The notes under the pieces were generated by a model. That model saw nothing but the letters and a program-made list of their open reading frames with translations. It ran no database searches and was not told where the DNA came from. From assembly GCA_951406725.2 (NCBI GenBank), contig OX597821.1, positions 104,904,001 to 104,968,000 of the forward strand: a DNA stretch of 64,000 nt. Direction: 5' to 3'. Both the position numbers and the translations under genes were made by a program. Shown here in pieces: positions 1 through 12,038 of the stretch. Position 1 is the stretch's first letter. Every line of letters begins with the position of its first letter. Source of the DNA: Octopus vulgaris. Lineage: Eukaryota.

Positions 1-391
1 GAATAGAAATCAACTCAGAATATTGGAAAGATAGATTCATCTAATTTCACATTTAATCTGTGACAGAATAGAATATTAAATGTGACGGTAATATGTGGTT
101 ATCCAGTTAGATTTATTTTCCCAGCTCACATTTTCCAAGGAACGTGATTCCCTTGGAATCAACATGATAGTATAGAAACCAATATTTCAAATAGTAAGAG
201 ACAAATATACTTCAGGGCAGCTATATACTTAATTCTTCTATTCTGTTTCATCTTTCATTTTTAACCTTCCTGAAAGTCATCGCTAAAGTACTTTTCAGAA
301 TATACACGGCTTTGATTTGTTTTATTGTTCCATTCTCGCTGCAGTATGAGATAGTTTATCAGCTTGAGCGAACCAGTATATATCACTTATA

Positions 392-610
392 CTGGGTTGG
401 CCCAAAAGGTTTTGTCTCTTTCTTCCATTGTGCATGCGTTCGTGTTCGATACCTGACACTGTTCGCTTTTTTTCTTTTCGCATGTGTGCATCTTAGATAC
501 CGATGTATTAACGTAGTGAAACGTGAACTATTGATAAGACACGTTTTATTTTGTGAGCTTAAGATCACCCTGAAAATGGAGAACTAAAACGAACATCATC
601 ACTCTGATTT
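392..610 (+). mobile_element. Mariner left end (TIR, 5' UTR, decayed transposase start), mellifera-like
   Basis: TA then CTGGGTTGGCCCAAAAGGTT resembles mariner TIRs. ATG at 576 reads ME N*NEHHH, similar to the MENQxEHFRH start of mellifera-type transposases. The rest is missing. Confidence 0.6.
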
Positions 611-1166
611 CTCATTTAATTTTATTTCTTCATAGAAATATCCTTATTTCTAATTCTCTCTAAAGAAGACTACGGCAACGTCACTGGATATTAATAGTTA
701 TCGCCAACCTAACATGGCAGTCAAGAAAAATAGGACGAATGCTGCCGTTATTTCTTCAGCGCTGAAGAAAATGTGAATACTCAACCGAGAGTGTTCTTCG
801 CCACTGAAGGTAGGTAATTATTTAATCACAGAATAATGGTTCTTCTCATAAGCTTCCAGAAGTTACAATAACCAAACGGCAACATTTTTATCAACACAGT
901 ACTACAGAAAAATTGTTTCCTCACGTTTATAATTACTATGTATATTTTAAATACATATATCCTCGTTGTTTCGTATCCAAGCCGTTAATTCCTATTGAAT
1001 TAAAAGGTCAAATCCCCTACATATTGTAGACTCGTGTACTAAATACGTATTTGAACAGGCATAATTCTTTAAAAATATCAAGTGGAAAACGTATGAGATG
1101 TGAGTATAATAGTAGATAAAGCAATGCAATAGTTAAGAAAATAATAATAGTCATCGTTAGTATTAA

Positions 1167-1500
1167 GGCAGCGAGCTGGCAGAATCGTTACCAGGCTGGG
1201 TGAAATGCTTGAAGTTATTTCGTCTGCCGTTACGTTCTGAGTTCAAATTCCGCCGAGGTCGACTTTGCCTTTCATCCTTTTGGGGTCGATTAAATAAGTA
1301 TCAGTTACTCACTGGGGTCGATATAATCGACTTAATCCGTTTGTCCGTCCTTGTTTGTCCTCGCTGTGGGTAGTTAAAGAAATAGAAATAGGTATTTCTT
1401 CTGTCTATATGTTCTCAGTTCAAATACAGCCGAGGTGTACTTTACCTACCGTACAACTGGTGATAGAATATGTACCAGTTGAAGGCTTCGGTCACTGCAA
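1167..1500 (+). mobile_element. tRNA-derived SINE family A plus a partial second headless unit
   Basis: Head GGCAGCGAGCTGGCAGAATCG, B-box-like GAGTTCAAATTCC, central GTCGACTTTGCCTTTCATCCTTT.GGGGTCGAT domain shared by more than 10 copies in the window. Confidence 0.9.
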
Positions 1501-1539
1501 TCGGACTCCACCGAAATTGTGCTAATAATTTAAAATCAT

Positions 1540-1805
1540 TATCGTTGTAGTTAATATTATTTTCACACAGATTTTGTTGCCTCGCTCCAGTCCCCACTTT
1601 TTACACAGTTTTCCAATGCAGCACTTTTGCAACCTCATTGTGTCTGTACAACTTATATTGGCAATGATCTTGTTAACACTATTGCAAATTCGGCATAATG
1701 GAGACACTTGTTCATTCCTAAGGTGGATCTTCCAATTTGTGACCAAAGACTGGTTTTGAACTCCCAGTATAGTGCTCTAAATCTCTTTCTTTCAGTGTTC
1801 CTTAT
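1540..1805 (-). pseudogene. Degraded RLE-type (R4/Dong-like) non-LTR ORF fragment
   Basis: Reads ..GVQNQSLVTNWK..SPLCRICNS..KLCKKWGL, the same region as the CCHC knuckle in the 37488 copy. Frameshifted. Confidence 0.6.
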
Positions 1806-1813
1806 TATTACCA

Positions 1814-2043
1814 ATTTCTTTATTACCCACAAGGGGCTAAACACAGAGGGGACAAACAAGGACAGACATAGGTATTAAGTCGATTACATCGACCCCAGTG
1901 CGTAAATGGTACTTAATTTATCGACCCCGAAAGGATGAAAGGCAAAGTCAACCTCGGCGGAATTCGAACTCAGAACGTAGTGGCAGACGAAATACCGCTA
2001 AGCATATCGCCCGGCGTGCTAACATTTCTGCCAGTTCGCCGCC
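1814..2043 (-). mobile_element. SINE family A, full length, 19-bp target-site duplication
   Basis: Full reverse-complement match to the family. AGTGTTCCTTATTATTACC occurs at 1794-1812 and 2046-2064. Confidence 0.93.
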
Positions 2044-2054
2044 TTAGTGTTCCT

Positions 2055-2250
2055 TATTATTACCTTCCCCTTAGCGAAGGCGGTGCTATTGTTTTCGGTA
2101 GCGATTGTTTGTTCCTTTGTCCCTTGTCAAAATATTTCAAGAACCGCTGGATGGATTCGGATGAAATATTCAAGTATTTTTGGTCTTGTGACTGGCGCAA
2201 ACCGATTAAATTTTGAGATCGTTCCAGTACAGGACAAATATTCTGGATAA
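2055..2250 (+). mobile_element. Possible Helentron-associated (DINE-1/HINE-like) element fragment
   Basis: TTATTACC..CCTT.GCGAAGG..TATTGTTTTC..GTTTGT..CCGCTGGATGGATT.GGATGAAA resembles the usual HINE layout. Recognition is from memory of the family. Confidence 0.4.
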
Positions 2251-2646
2251 TTTGTTATATTTACTTTCGTCTTTCAAGTCTTTCTTTCATTATCTTCCTT
2301 ATATTATTATATATTATACATACGTACATATTAACAATTCAATATATACTTTCAAATATTCATAATTCTAAACATCGATCTAAAACAACAAGAATACTAA
2401 AGGAAGGCTTGATTTTATGAGAAGAAAAAGCAAAAGGTTTCATGCTACACATTAAAAAAATTCTGAGTAGAACTTATCAATATTATTAATGTTTTTACTA
2501 CGTTTGTGAGAGCAGTCGAGTTTATTTCAGATATTCTTATTTTAAAATTAACTCCGGCCAATCGTTGAGAGGACGTTGGTTTTGTCTTGGCGGAGGTTTG
2601 CGCTCTCTAGTGCTCTTGTTATTTTTGTTGTTGCTGTTGTTATAAT

Positions 2647-2649
<3 letters not shown>

Positions 2650-2733
<84 letters not shown>
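2650..2733. repeat. (AAT)n microsatellite
   Basis: Read directly; flanks the element at 2734. Confidence 0.97.
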
Positions 2734-2735
<2 letters not shown>

Positions 2736-3307
2736 GCCCTGATGCAGTAATATGCCCTGATGCAGTACCAGGCAGTGGCTCTCATGGCTTCTGATCTTAA
2801 CTGATTGGAAGTGTTATCATGTACATTGTTTTGTCTTAGTATAAATGATGGGCTACAGCAAATATTCTGCTCAATACCACAGATTTGCTTGTCAGTTGTT
2901 TGACCTTAACCAGTTGAGCATGTCCCTTAGTGGCTGACGATATGTGCATCTCTGATCACGAGCAGAAGTAGTGGGGGAGCATCATAGCCATGTGTTGAGA
3001 GGGATTCTTTGGGGTTTGAATAGTTCACCTCTGGAAACATGGGTGGTTCTTTCAACATCCTTAAGCAACCCTTATTCAGGGACCGTTTGAGCGGGATGGG
3101 CTACTCAACCTGAAGAAAATTCTAACTGGGCCCCACCTGCAAGGTCATGTGCTGTTTATCTTGATATGAGATCACCATGTCGCGCACATATGGTTGTGAT
3201 GCATGTGCCTGGTGTACCTTTATCAGACGGGTAGTCATGATGGGTATATTGGGCTTCGTATATTTTACCCCAGTGTCACTTTGATGGCATGAACTGCTCT
3301 CTCACTC
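2734..3307 (+). mobile_element. ~575 bp non-coding interspersed element in (AAT)n, copy 1
   Basis: Homologous end to end to 18066-18619 and partly to 45553-45773. (AAT)n on both sides; no ORF or tRNA head seen. Confidence 0.85.
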
Positions 3308-3362
3308 AATAATAATAATAATGATAATAATAATAATAATTATTATTATTATTATCATTATT

Positions 3363-3918
3363 CAGTATATTTATTTTATAGCGTGCTTTCACTTCTCTAC
3401 CGAGCGCAGCTCTGTTTGCCTTGGGTATGTGCTGTGGTTTGTTGTGATGCTCTGATGGTTACTGTATTGAAATTGTTTCGCGCAAGACGTGTGTAGTGCC
3501 TAGTAGTGCAATTCTCTGTATGTTATATATATTTGTAAGTCCTGGTGTATTTGTTATGTATTTGTCTGAATATTTTTCCTCATACCTAATGCGCCGACTA
3601 TGAAAGGAATTGTTTCTGATTTTAGATTCCACATTCGAGTTACCTCAATTTTCAGGTCTTTGTATTTTGAAAGTTTCTCCATTTCTTTTAGAGAAACGTT
3701 GTTATCTGCTGGCATTGAAACATGAATCAGAAACCATTTTTTTCTTCATGATCTCTGACAACTATATCTGGTCTATTTGCCTTAATTTCTCTATCTGTGT
3801 ATTTTGGTATATCCCAGAGTATGGTTGCTTTCTCATTTTCTGTGACCTTTTCTGGCGTGTGCCTATGCAATATTTTATGTGTTGTTATTCCATAATGTTG
3901 GCATAGCTTCCAGTGTAT
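3363..3918 (-). mobile_element. 5'-truncated R4/Dong-like LINE (RLE domain and 3' UTR)
   Basis: Reverse complement aligns to about 37705-38263 (HWKLCQHY, RPDIVV, KLSKYKDL). (TTA)n on both sides. Confidence 0.88.
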
Positions 3919-3960
3919 CTTATTATTGTTGTTGTTATTATTATTATTATTATTGTTATT

Positions 3961-4004
<44 letters not shown>

Positions 4005-4054
4005 CATTATTATTTAATTATTATTATTATTATTATTAATGTTGCCATTACTAA

Positions 4055-4275
4055 GGTGGTAAAGTGGTTGAATCGTTAGCATAACGGACAAAATGCTTAG
4101 TGCTATTTCGTCCGTTTTTACGTTATGACTTAAATTCAGCTGGCGTCAAATTTGCTTTTCATTCTTTCGGGTTTCACAGTATAAGTACCAGCCAAGTACT
4201 GAGGTCGATGTAATCGACTAGCCTCCCACCACAAAAAAAAAATTCAGGCCTTGAGCCTATAATATAAAATAGTAT
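4055..4275 (+). mobile_element. SINE family A, diverged, alternative tail
   Basis: Head and central domain similar to the family. Tail ..AAATTCAGGCCTTG..CCTAT resembles the first unit at 58709. Confidence 0.7.
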
Positions 4276-5427
4276 TATTGTTAGGAAATAGAATCATCTA
4301 GAGAAGATGGGGTTTCAAAACCTGCAATATATGTTATTTTTTCTGTGATTAGAAACTATATTTAAAAACAAGTATTATTACCACCGTGTACAATGATTTT
4401 TGACACCAGTCGTGTCCCGAAAGCTTGTGTTGTGAGTCCCAGTTCCTGGGTATAATCTTCTTAATGTAATTTCCAATGCGGTAGAGATTAGGGTGACGAT
4501 AGTTCCAGCTAATCCTCTATTTGTATTTTTAGTTTCTTTTATTTTCTTTTAGTTATCAGCAGATTTACAATTAACATTAGCAGATATTTAACCTGAAATA
4601 GTATTCATTTGCCAATATTTTTCCCAATATTGTGAAAATTAAATCGCAGATGAGCAAAAGAAGAGATGATCATTCTATGAAGAACTTTATTTAAGCGATT
4701 ATTAACCGAAAAAATACCATTGGAAAGCGCTGTACATTAACAAAAAATGTGGATGATAGCATAAATAATCTAACACAATCACTAAATTTCAAAGGATGAG
4801 TAACTTACAGATTCAACATGTTATTGCTTTTATCGAATTACATTCTAACTAACATTTAAAGGCGTACATATACTTTGATCAATAAACTGGTGGACCACTA
4901 GTTTTATTGAAACGAAACTGAGCACAGTTGTTACACATAAGCATTTCAGTCAAATTATTGTAAATGTATTAGATCAGAGAATGAAATTCTTCATTGAAAT
5001 ACCTCGTAATTCCATCCATCGAAAATAATACCTTTCTACAATTTATACCGATTATTTGTTAAAGCAAAGCTTTTAGTTTATCGTTTCTGCTATTAAGAGC
5101 TTTACATTCATTTTCTGAAAATGCTATATTTACTTGAGAATTCATCCAATGTAAATATACGGCTACAGAAAAAGCTTCATTATAAATGTTTTTTTACTCT
5201 TGTTATAATTTTTGTTCCTTTTCTGAACAAAGGCATTTCACTGTTAAACTCGTAATTCTTATCCTGTTAATAGTCATGCTTTATAACTGGTCTATGTTGT
5301 TCAAAGGACAGATAATACACTTACGATTACTTTTTGTAATTGCAACGTGTTTTAGATGCAATCTATGGACATTAAAACTTTCAAACCCACCTTCAGTCAA
5401 CAGTATAAATTCGTATTGTAATGTAAC

Positions 5428-5763
5428 TTATTTACTTACTTCTGGCGACATTCACCCTGGGCGGGTAGAGTCTAGAGTCGGCTTCTTCTACCACGCTCGA
5501 GGCATCTCGAACCATGGCAGCCCACGCACGATGGTTCTGCGCCAGTTCACTGGAGACAGCGAGCCTGTCACGGTTCAATCGGCGCAGGCCGACCACCTGC
5601 GGTCCCATGAGCACGCAGAGATCCTCCTTGATCGTCGAAACCCAGGTCTTCAGCTGCCCGCCCGCGCGTTTCCACCAGTTGGGAAGTGGAATTGGGAGAA
5701 TGACATCACGGCTCAGTACACACACCGGATGCCTACATGCATGACCAAACCAACGCAAGCGCC
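5428..5763 (-). mobile_element. 5'-truncated RTE-clade LINE with (TAAG)-like tail and 10-bp TSD
   Basis: ORF 5432-5758 RWFGHACR..WWKRAGGQLKTW..ELAQNHRAW is an RTE RT C-terminus. GTAATGTAAC occurs at 5418-5427 and 5764-5773. Confidence 0.9.
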
Positions 5764-6101
5764 GTAATGTAACATACTATCTCTGGACAAAAACCTAAAA
5801 AAAAAACCCAAAAAAAAACCCATTTGTTTTCATTGAATTAATTCAGTGCAGCAAATTTGAGAATTCGTTAAGTTTCCCTGCTCTTATCATCACATGCATA
5901 CATTTAGAAATAATGTCCAGTGGTTACTATTAATCAAACTGCAGTGTTCCCCAAGTAAATAATCCCTTAGATTCAGTCAAGGCAATAAATACGAAGAGAT
6001 TATCGTAATCACAGACGACCAGATAGCTTTCAGTAATGAATGACAATTCTCTCGGGAGAATAATATTTCATGATGGCAGTTTAAACGAATACATCACGTA
6101 C

Positions 6102-6114
6102 CAAACGTATGCAT
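6102..6114 (-). CDS. Putative first coding segment MHTF(G), phase-1 intron
   Basis: ATG CAT ACG TTT G directly before the donor. I recall MHTFG as the start of some invertebrate DPP6/DPP10-like proteins, but this is unverified. No downstream exon found in the window. Confidence 0.3.
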
Positions 6115-6982
6115 GTATGTGGAGTGTTCGTTGAATATGAACTTGTAACTGCTTGACAGGCAGTTTCTACGCAATTATCAAACGCATCAAGTGGCCTTGA
6201 TTTATGGGGATATATTAAAGTATGTGCATGTTGTGCTTATTGTAAAATTGCGCATTCAGAAGTTGTTGGAGGAACCAGGGAAGAAACTGAGCATAATTTT
6301 ACTTTAGCCAGTGTGGTTAAAAGCAAAATCTCTTCGTGACGTGTATGAAAAACCGGGCCCGAGGAAGTCGAGCAAACATGGCACTAGATTAACCGTGTAT
6401 TTTATTAAAGTTAGCTAAGAGCAGCAGCAGCAGTAGCAGCAGTAATAGTGGTAGTAGTACTATTAGTATTATTATTAGTAATCGTGGTGGTGGTGGTGTT
6501 AGTAGTAGTAGCACTTGTGGCGGAGGTGGTGCTCGCACTTATAGATCTACTGTTGCTGTTGAGCGAACGGTCTTGTCCCAGAGCTCGCAAGATGGGAGAA
6601 GTCCGAAACATGGTACTTTGCTATTCCTAAGTCCCGCAGAAGAGAAAGCAGGTCAGCCCCCGACACCGAGAGCATCGACGGATGGATGAATGCGCATCCA
6701 GGCTCAGCGGTTGCGTAGGAAGTCGGGGAAAAGAAACAGGAAGAAAGTGTGAGAGAATGTTGGAACGAAAGCGTACAACAAAGATCGCCACCAGCCCCTG
6801 CCGCAGCCTCGTGGAGCTTTAGGTGTTTTCGCTCAATACACACACACAACGCCAGCACAAAATTACGCACACACACACACACACGCACACACATACACAC
6901 ACAAACTCAAACACATATATTCTCTGCGTTATTACAGACAACGTTGTTTTTGGGAAAGAATATAAAGGTGCGTTTGATTGAT
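6102..6982 (-). other. Candidate host-gene exon: long 5' leader ending in a putative start
   Basis: Minus-strand acceptor CTTCTTCTTTTCCAG (AG at 6984-6983) and donor G|GTACGT (GT at 6101-6100). Unique, relatively GC/CpG-rich sequence with no repeat-family match in the window. Confidence 0.45.
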
Positions 6983-7639
6983 CTGGAAAAGAAGAAGTCA
7001 TGTTGTGAATATGAGACTTAAAATCAAACAATGGTAGAAACAAATGAGATAAAATACATCATAAATAAATATAAAATAAACTTAATCATAAATACTGTAA
7101 TAATTTGCGATTTCTTACTCCATCAATAGAAGTGGGGTGATATGAAATCTACGTAGGCTTTTATGTATAAATCAACTCATACTTGTTGCTTGAGACGAAA
7201 GCATAATAATGTAAAATGACATATCAAATTATTAAAGGTTAAAGATGACACTAGTTAGATATTAAAATATTCATGGCAGAAATATATTATCAGTAATGAA
7301 TAGTATGTTAGGAAGTTTAAAAAGTAAGTGACAATGCAAGTAGTTAGCTGTAGTGTTTTGTTTTTAGTAGAAGTAATTTAAGAAGAAAGTGGAACGGCAT
7401 CTATATACGTCATAGATGATACTCTTGGAGACATAGACACTCACACAAGTGTGTGTGTGTGTGTGGTATAATATTTAGAAGCATTACTAGTTTGTGAGAA
7501 GAAATAAAATTCCCAAGTTCGAAAGAAATCAAATGTAATAATAAGGTACGGCGGTTGAAGTTATCAAAACACGAGGAAGTCGATCCGCTCAAAACAGCAA
7601 CTGACATTTTAAAACCAAATATATTATTTTATTTCCAAT

Positions 7640-7960
7640 TTAATCACACTTTTCTTCAAAAGATTTTCCTTCCAATTTTGATACGCTTCTCCGAACTAAT
7701 GACTCCCGTTTTTGATCACATCATGTAAAACGTTTTCAGGAGTTGTTGCTAAAGTCGTACAAAATTTACTTTGATATTTTCTAAGGCTTTAAATGAATGA
7801 TTTTTGAAGGTGAGTCTTATAACGAGGAAAAGTTGACTGGTGAAAAATTTGGAGTGTAGAAAGGACTCGGGATGACATCCATATAGGCATTTGTAAAACT
7901 GTGAAATATGAAACATGTGAATATTGTTGTGAGCCACAATCGCGTAGAAGAGTCAGTACA
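7640..7960 (-). pseudogene. Degraded mariner transposase C-terminus
   Basis: VIPSPFYTPNFSPVNF resembles HPPYSPDLSPCDF; also KNHSFKALENIK and a frameshifted EKRI..LEGKSFEEK* resembling WEKCIxxxGxYFE. Confidence 0.6.
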
Positions 7961-8759
7961 GAAGATAAACGAAGTCCTTCCAAATGGAGGAGGCAAACAT
8001 TTCCTCCCCACAGGAGCGAATGCTACGGAATTTCGTTTTTGCACCTCGATGATCCATAAATTTCCTCCTACATAAAAGCAATATATCCAGTTCTCTTCGC
8101 ATGTTGTGACACAGTTTAGACATTTTCCTTACGTATTCAAACAATTAAAGAGATCTCCAATGTATTGCTCATCCTCTGCTTGTACCTCTATAGAGCGGAC
8201 ATAGATAGTGCCAGAACACCACATACCTTTTAAGGTTTACTTTATAAGTATGTGACTCAAATATTTACTTACGTCGAATTTTCTCAGAACAGTTAAATGC
8301 AGCCACGTAATAGATTTTCATGGATAGCATTACGCGCATTCGCGAACACAGTCCGAATTCTGGAAAATAATGCAGAATTTGGAAAAGCATCGGTGCATGA
8401 TTTCCTAGACTGGCGGAAATAGCACCAAACATAAACTACATGTAACTTAAAGAATTCTACTATTTATCGTGCCGCAACATTTTAGTTATTTCCTGAAATA
8501 TTGTTTCTAATTTTAAAAAAAAATATGACGAATATCATTGCTCTTCTAAATCTTGCCTTTTCTTAATACCGACAAATCGCCGGATACATTAAAGGTCTTC
8601 CCTTTGGAAGGAATAGAGCTGTTGCTGATTTGAAATTTATTCAACTGAGTATTATTTTTCTAATTTCTGTTGAGCCGGTTACCCATTTTCTATGGCGTAT
8701 AAGCGACTAAGAACAAAACATTCACCCAAACGTCCGTCTGCTGCATGGTTGAAAGACAG

Positions 8760-8950
8760 GAATTCAGGGGGTAGACGACAACTTATTTACATAGATTTCA
8801 GTAGTTGAACGGTATTTTTTTAATCAACAGAATGGGATGAAAACCAAATATGATACTAGCCGGATTTAGAACTTTGATCGTAAAGAGCTGGAAGAAATAT
8901 CGCTAATCATTTTTGCCGGCAGTCTAACGTGCCTGCCAGATTGTCAACGT
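8760..8950 (-). mobile_element. SINE family A, highly diverged
   Basis: GGATGAAA..CGGATTTAGAACT..AACGTGCCTGCCAG matches the family in reverse. Confidence 0.55.
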
Positions 8951-9549
8951 TACGCTGAATCTAAAGGGGAATAAAATACCGCTCTGCGTGTTCCACCAAT
9001 AGGCTGAAAGATAGTTTAAAATATTCTTTTTAAAATCATCCTCATAATTATAAGTATTTAAAAATTAATATTTTACATCACCAAATATAAACGCACAGAT
9101 TTAAATATTTTCAATAAAAGTATCTGAAAGATTACGAATAATAATAAAGTCAGTAATATATGGAATTATATACCATTATTCTAGTATTGGAAACCGATAT
9201 TCCAGATGAATTTTACAGTCAGCGTTTTCTGTATTTACTCCAATTTCCGTTAAATTGTAATAACATGCAATTTGCAAATGTCGTATTTCCAATTTGCGTA
9301 TCTGCAAAATGTCATAAATTTGTTGCATTATTCCAGGTCTCATCTACATAATAACAAAAGCATTAATACAGAAGATAATGGAAATCACCTACACAGAATA
9401 ATTATAAATGAAATTGCCTATAATTAATGTCTTGTAGTTGATAACAGGAGCGATCGATAAAAGCAATCGATAACAGATTTAAGAATTTTAACAAGCGTGC
9501 ATGGGTTTCTTACTGTACAGATTTAGTGTAAATGAATGTTAATGAGTAG

Positions 9550-9550
9550 A

Positions 9551-9607
<57 letters not shown>

Positions 9608-9714
9608 AATCTATCTATCTATCTATCTATCTATCTACCTATCTGTATGTCTTATGTCTGCCAGCCTTCCTGTCTGTCTGTTGTCTGTCTGTCGTCTGTT
9701 TGTCTGTCTGTTTG

Positions 9715-9777
<63 letters not shown>

Positions 9778-9845
9778 GTCTGTCTTATGTCTGTCAGCCT
9801 TCCTGTCTGCCTGTCTGTTTGTCTGTCTGTTTGTCTATCTATCTT

Positions 9846-9904
<59 letters not shown>

Positions 9905-9905
9905 G
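9550..9905. repeat. (ATCT)n/(GTCT)n compound microsatellite with internal block duplication
   Basis: Read directly. TGTCTTATGTCTG.CAGCCTTCCTGTCTG occurs near 9648 and 9781. Confidence 0.95.
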
Positions 9906-11505
9906 AAGCAAGACCCTGCCGTCCACCAGTACCTCCGTCGTGGGACTCTTGCCAGACAGCCCGGTTGAGTTGCTCGGGGTCTGGTTCGATCCGGACCTCC
10001 AAATGGAGAAGAACTGGAACGAGATAACGAGTAGGGTGGTCACTCTCGCCCGGCAATGGGCCGAGAGGAAACTGTCCCTAAAGGGTCGGGCGGAGGTGGC
10101 GAACACGTACATCACGTCCATCATCTACTACCGCCTGACCGTCGTACCTTGTCCCGACCCTACCATCACCAAACTAGAACGCATTCTCTTCCGCTTATTG
10201 TGGAAAGGATGCGTCCTGATGGTCAGGCGATCCATTTGCTGTCAACACCCGTTAAAAGGAGGGCTGGGATGCCATGGTTGATGATGCGCAGACATGCGCT
10301 GAGACTGCGACAGCTCTATGTTGACGACGGTGAATAGGTGTGGTCACCGTTTGTGAGGCACGCGTTCCCGCAGCTCGTCTCCATGACCGAACTGCAGTCG
10401 TGGATCAAAAAGAAGCCGAGGAAGGGCGAATGGCAGCGCGAGTGTCGCGTTGCTCTCAAGCAACTCTGCCATCCCGGGTCGACCTTGAGTGACTTCGACA
10501 CAACCAAAGCATTCTATAGGGGATTAGTGGAGGGGAGGTACGACGACGATCTTGGGGCAAACCTGGGCGTCGACGAGGAATACCTGACCCGTATGTTTGA
10601 AACGACTTTCGGGCCGGGATCTATGGACAACTTCCAGAGATCCCTGGCCTGGCGGGGCTACCGACAAGCGCTACCCGTTCGGGATAAGCTCTATAGGCAT
10701 CGCTCGAGAAACTGCCCGAGATGTGGGCAGAGCGACGAAACCGCTCTGCACGCAATCGTGCAGTGTCCAACAATCTCCGACCTGTGGGCTTATGTGGAAC
10801 GACTGCTGACACGTGTGGGACGTGTCGGTTTATCAGCCGAGTTTATCGTTAATATCGTCATGCCTCATTCCTTCAAACGGGAAGGAAGAGCTATTTTTAT
10901 CATACTTGTGGCTATGGCGAAAGAATGTATCTGGTGGACGCGCCTGAAAGGATTAGAGACAAACACTTTCCTCTCTGGTCAATCTCTCATCAACTTCTTC
11001 AAGTATCACTTGAAGAGGAAAGTGAGAGTAGAGAGGCACGTTTTGTGTAGTGAACGTTTTAAAAAAAGATGGGTGAATGTAGCAAAGATGGCACGTATGA
11101 ATGACGAAGCCACTTTGACTATGATTCTATGAACCGTAAAAATTAATACAGAGAGTTGCTTATTTGCAAACAAAAAGAAATATAACATGTGACTTCATTG
11201 ACCGAGGTTACCGTGGTCTTTTCCGTAGGCTTTTCTTTCCACGGGTAAACTCACTTGTCCTCCCCTTTACACTTCATATTGACATTTCTGTGATAACGAT
11301 CCCTATTGATAAATCTTTTTTTTTCTTTTCCTTCCTCCCACTTCCATTTTTAAAAAAAATTATCCCCCCTATTTTGTCCTCTTTCTTTCCATTTACGATC
11401 CCTTTTGATCGAAAACCAAACCGCCTTTTTTTAACCCCCAAAAGAAAAGCTCTACCTTGTAATTTGTCCTGTCTGTGTGCAGCCCTGTGTGGCTAATAAA
11501 GAAAC
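9906..11505 (+). mobile_element. 5'-truncated Tx1/L1-clade LINE, ORF2 C-terminal half plus 3' UTR
   Basis: ELLGVWF, KLSLKGRAEVAN, KGGLG and CCHC finger CPRCGQSDETALHAIVQC. One frameshift near 10270 and a stop at 10335-10337. ORF ends 11132; T/C-rich UTR ends GGCTAATAAAGAAAC. Confidence 0.93.
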
Positions 11506-11623
11506 ATATCTATCTAGTTACCTATCTATCTGTCTGTATGTGTGTTTATTTATCTATATATCTATATATCTATCTATCAATATATGTCTCTATATCTATA
11601 TATATCATTATACTCATACTTAC

Positions 11624-11839
11624 ACACCACGTATGACGTTACCATGACCAAAGAGACCGCAAAAGAGATGCACGCACAGATATATATGTGTGTGTGTATG
11701 TGTGTGTATGCGTGTGTATGTGTGTCTGTGTGTGCGCATATGTGGTCATGTGTATACGCGTGCGTATAAATATACATCGAAAAAGAAATAAGAAATAAGA
11801 AATGCAGAGTGGGAGAGAGAGAGAGAGAGATAGAGAGAG

Positions 11840-11873
<34 letters not shown>

Positions 11874-12038
11874 TATGTTTGTGTGTGTGAAGTGGGCGAG
11901 AAAGTGGGTGATGTCTGAAAACTAAGAGAATAATTTTATCCACCATTCTTTATTATTTATGAGCAGCACGTTGTAGATTCACGACGACGATATATATATA
12001 TATCGCGCAACGATCGAACTAAAATTTATTCCACACTC
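11624..12038 (-). other. Candidate upstream non-coding exon of the same minus-strand gene
   Basis: Acceptor ATAATTTTTTTCAG (AG at 12040-12039) and consensus donor GTAAGT (11623-11618). Unique CpG-containing sequence mixed with CA/CT repeats. Confidence 0.35.

Noticed and set aside
5186-5767. 193-aa plus-strand ORF
   Set aside because: Mostly the antisense of the RTE fragment plus AT-rich flank.
6393-6689. Plus-strand open frame SSSS..GGGG..PPTPRASTDG* as a terminal coding exon
   Set aside because: No start codon, weak acceptor and no recognisable domain. Minus-strand splice signals are stronger. Not excluded without RNA data.
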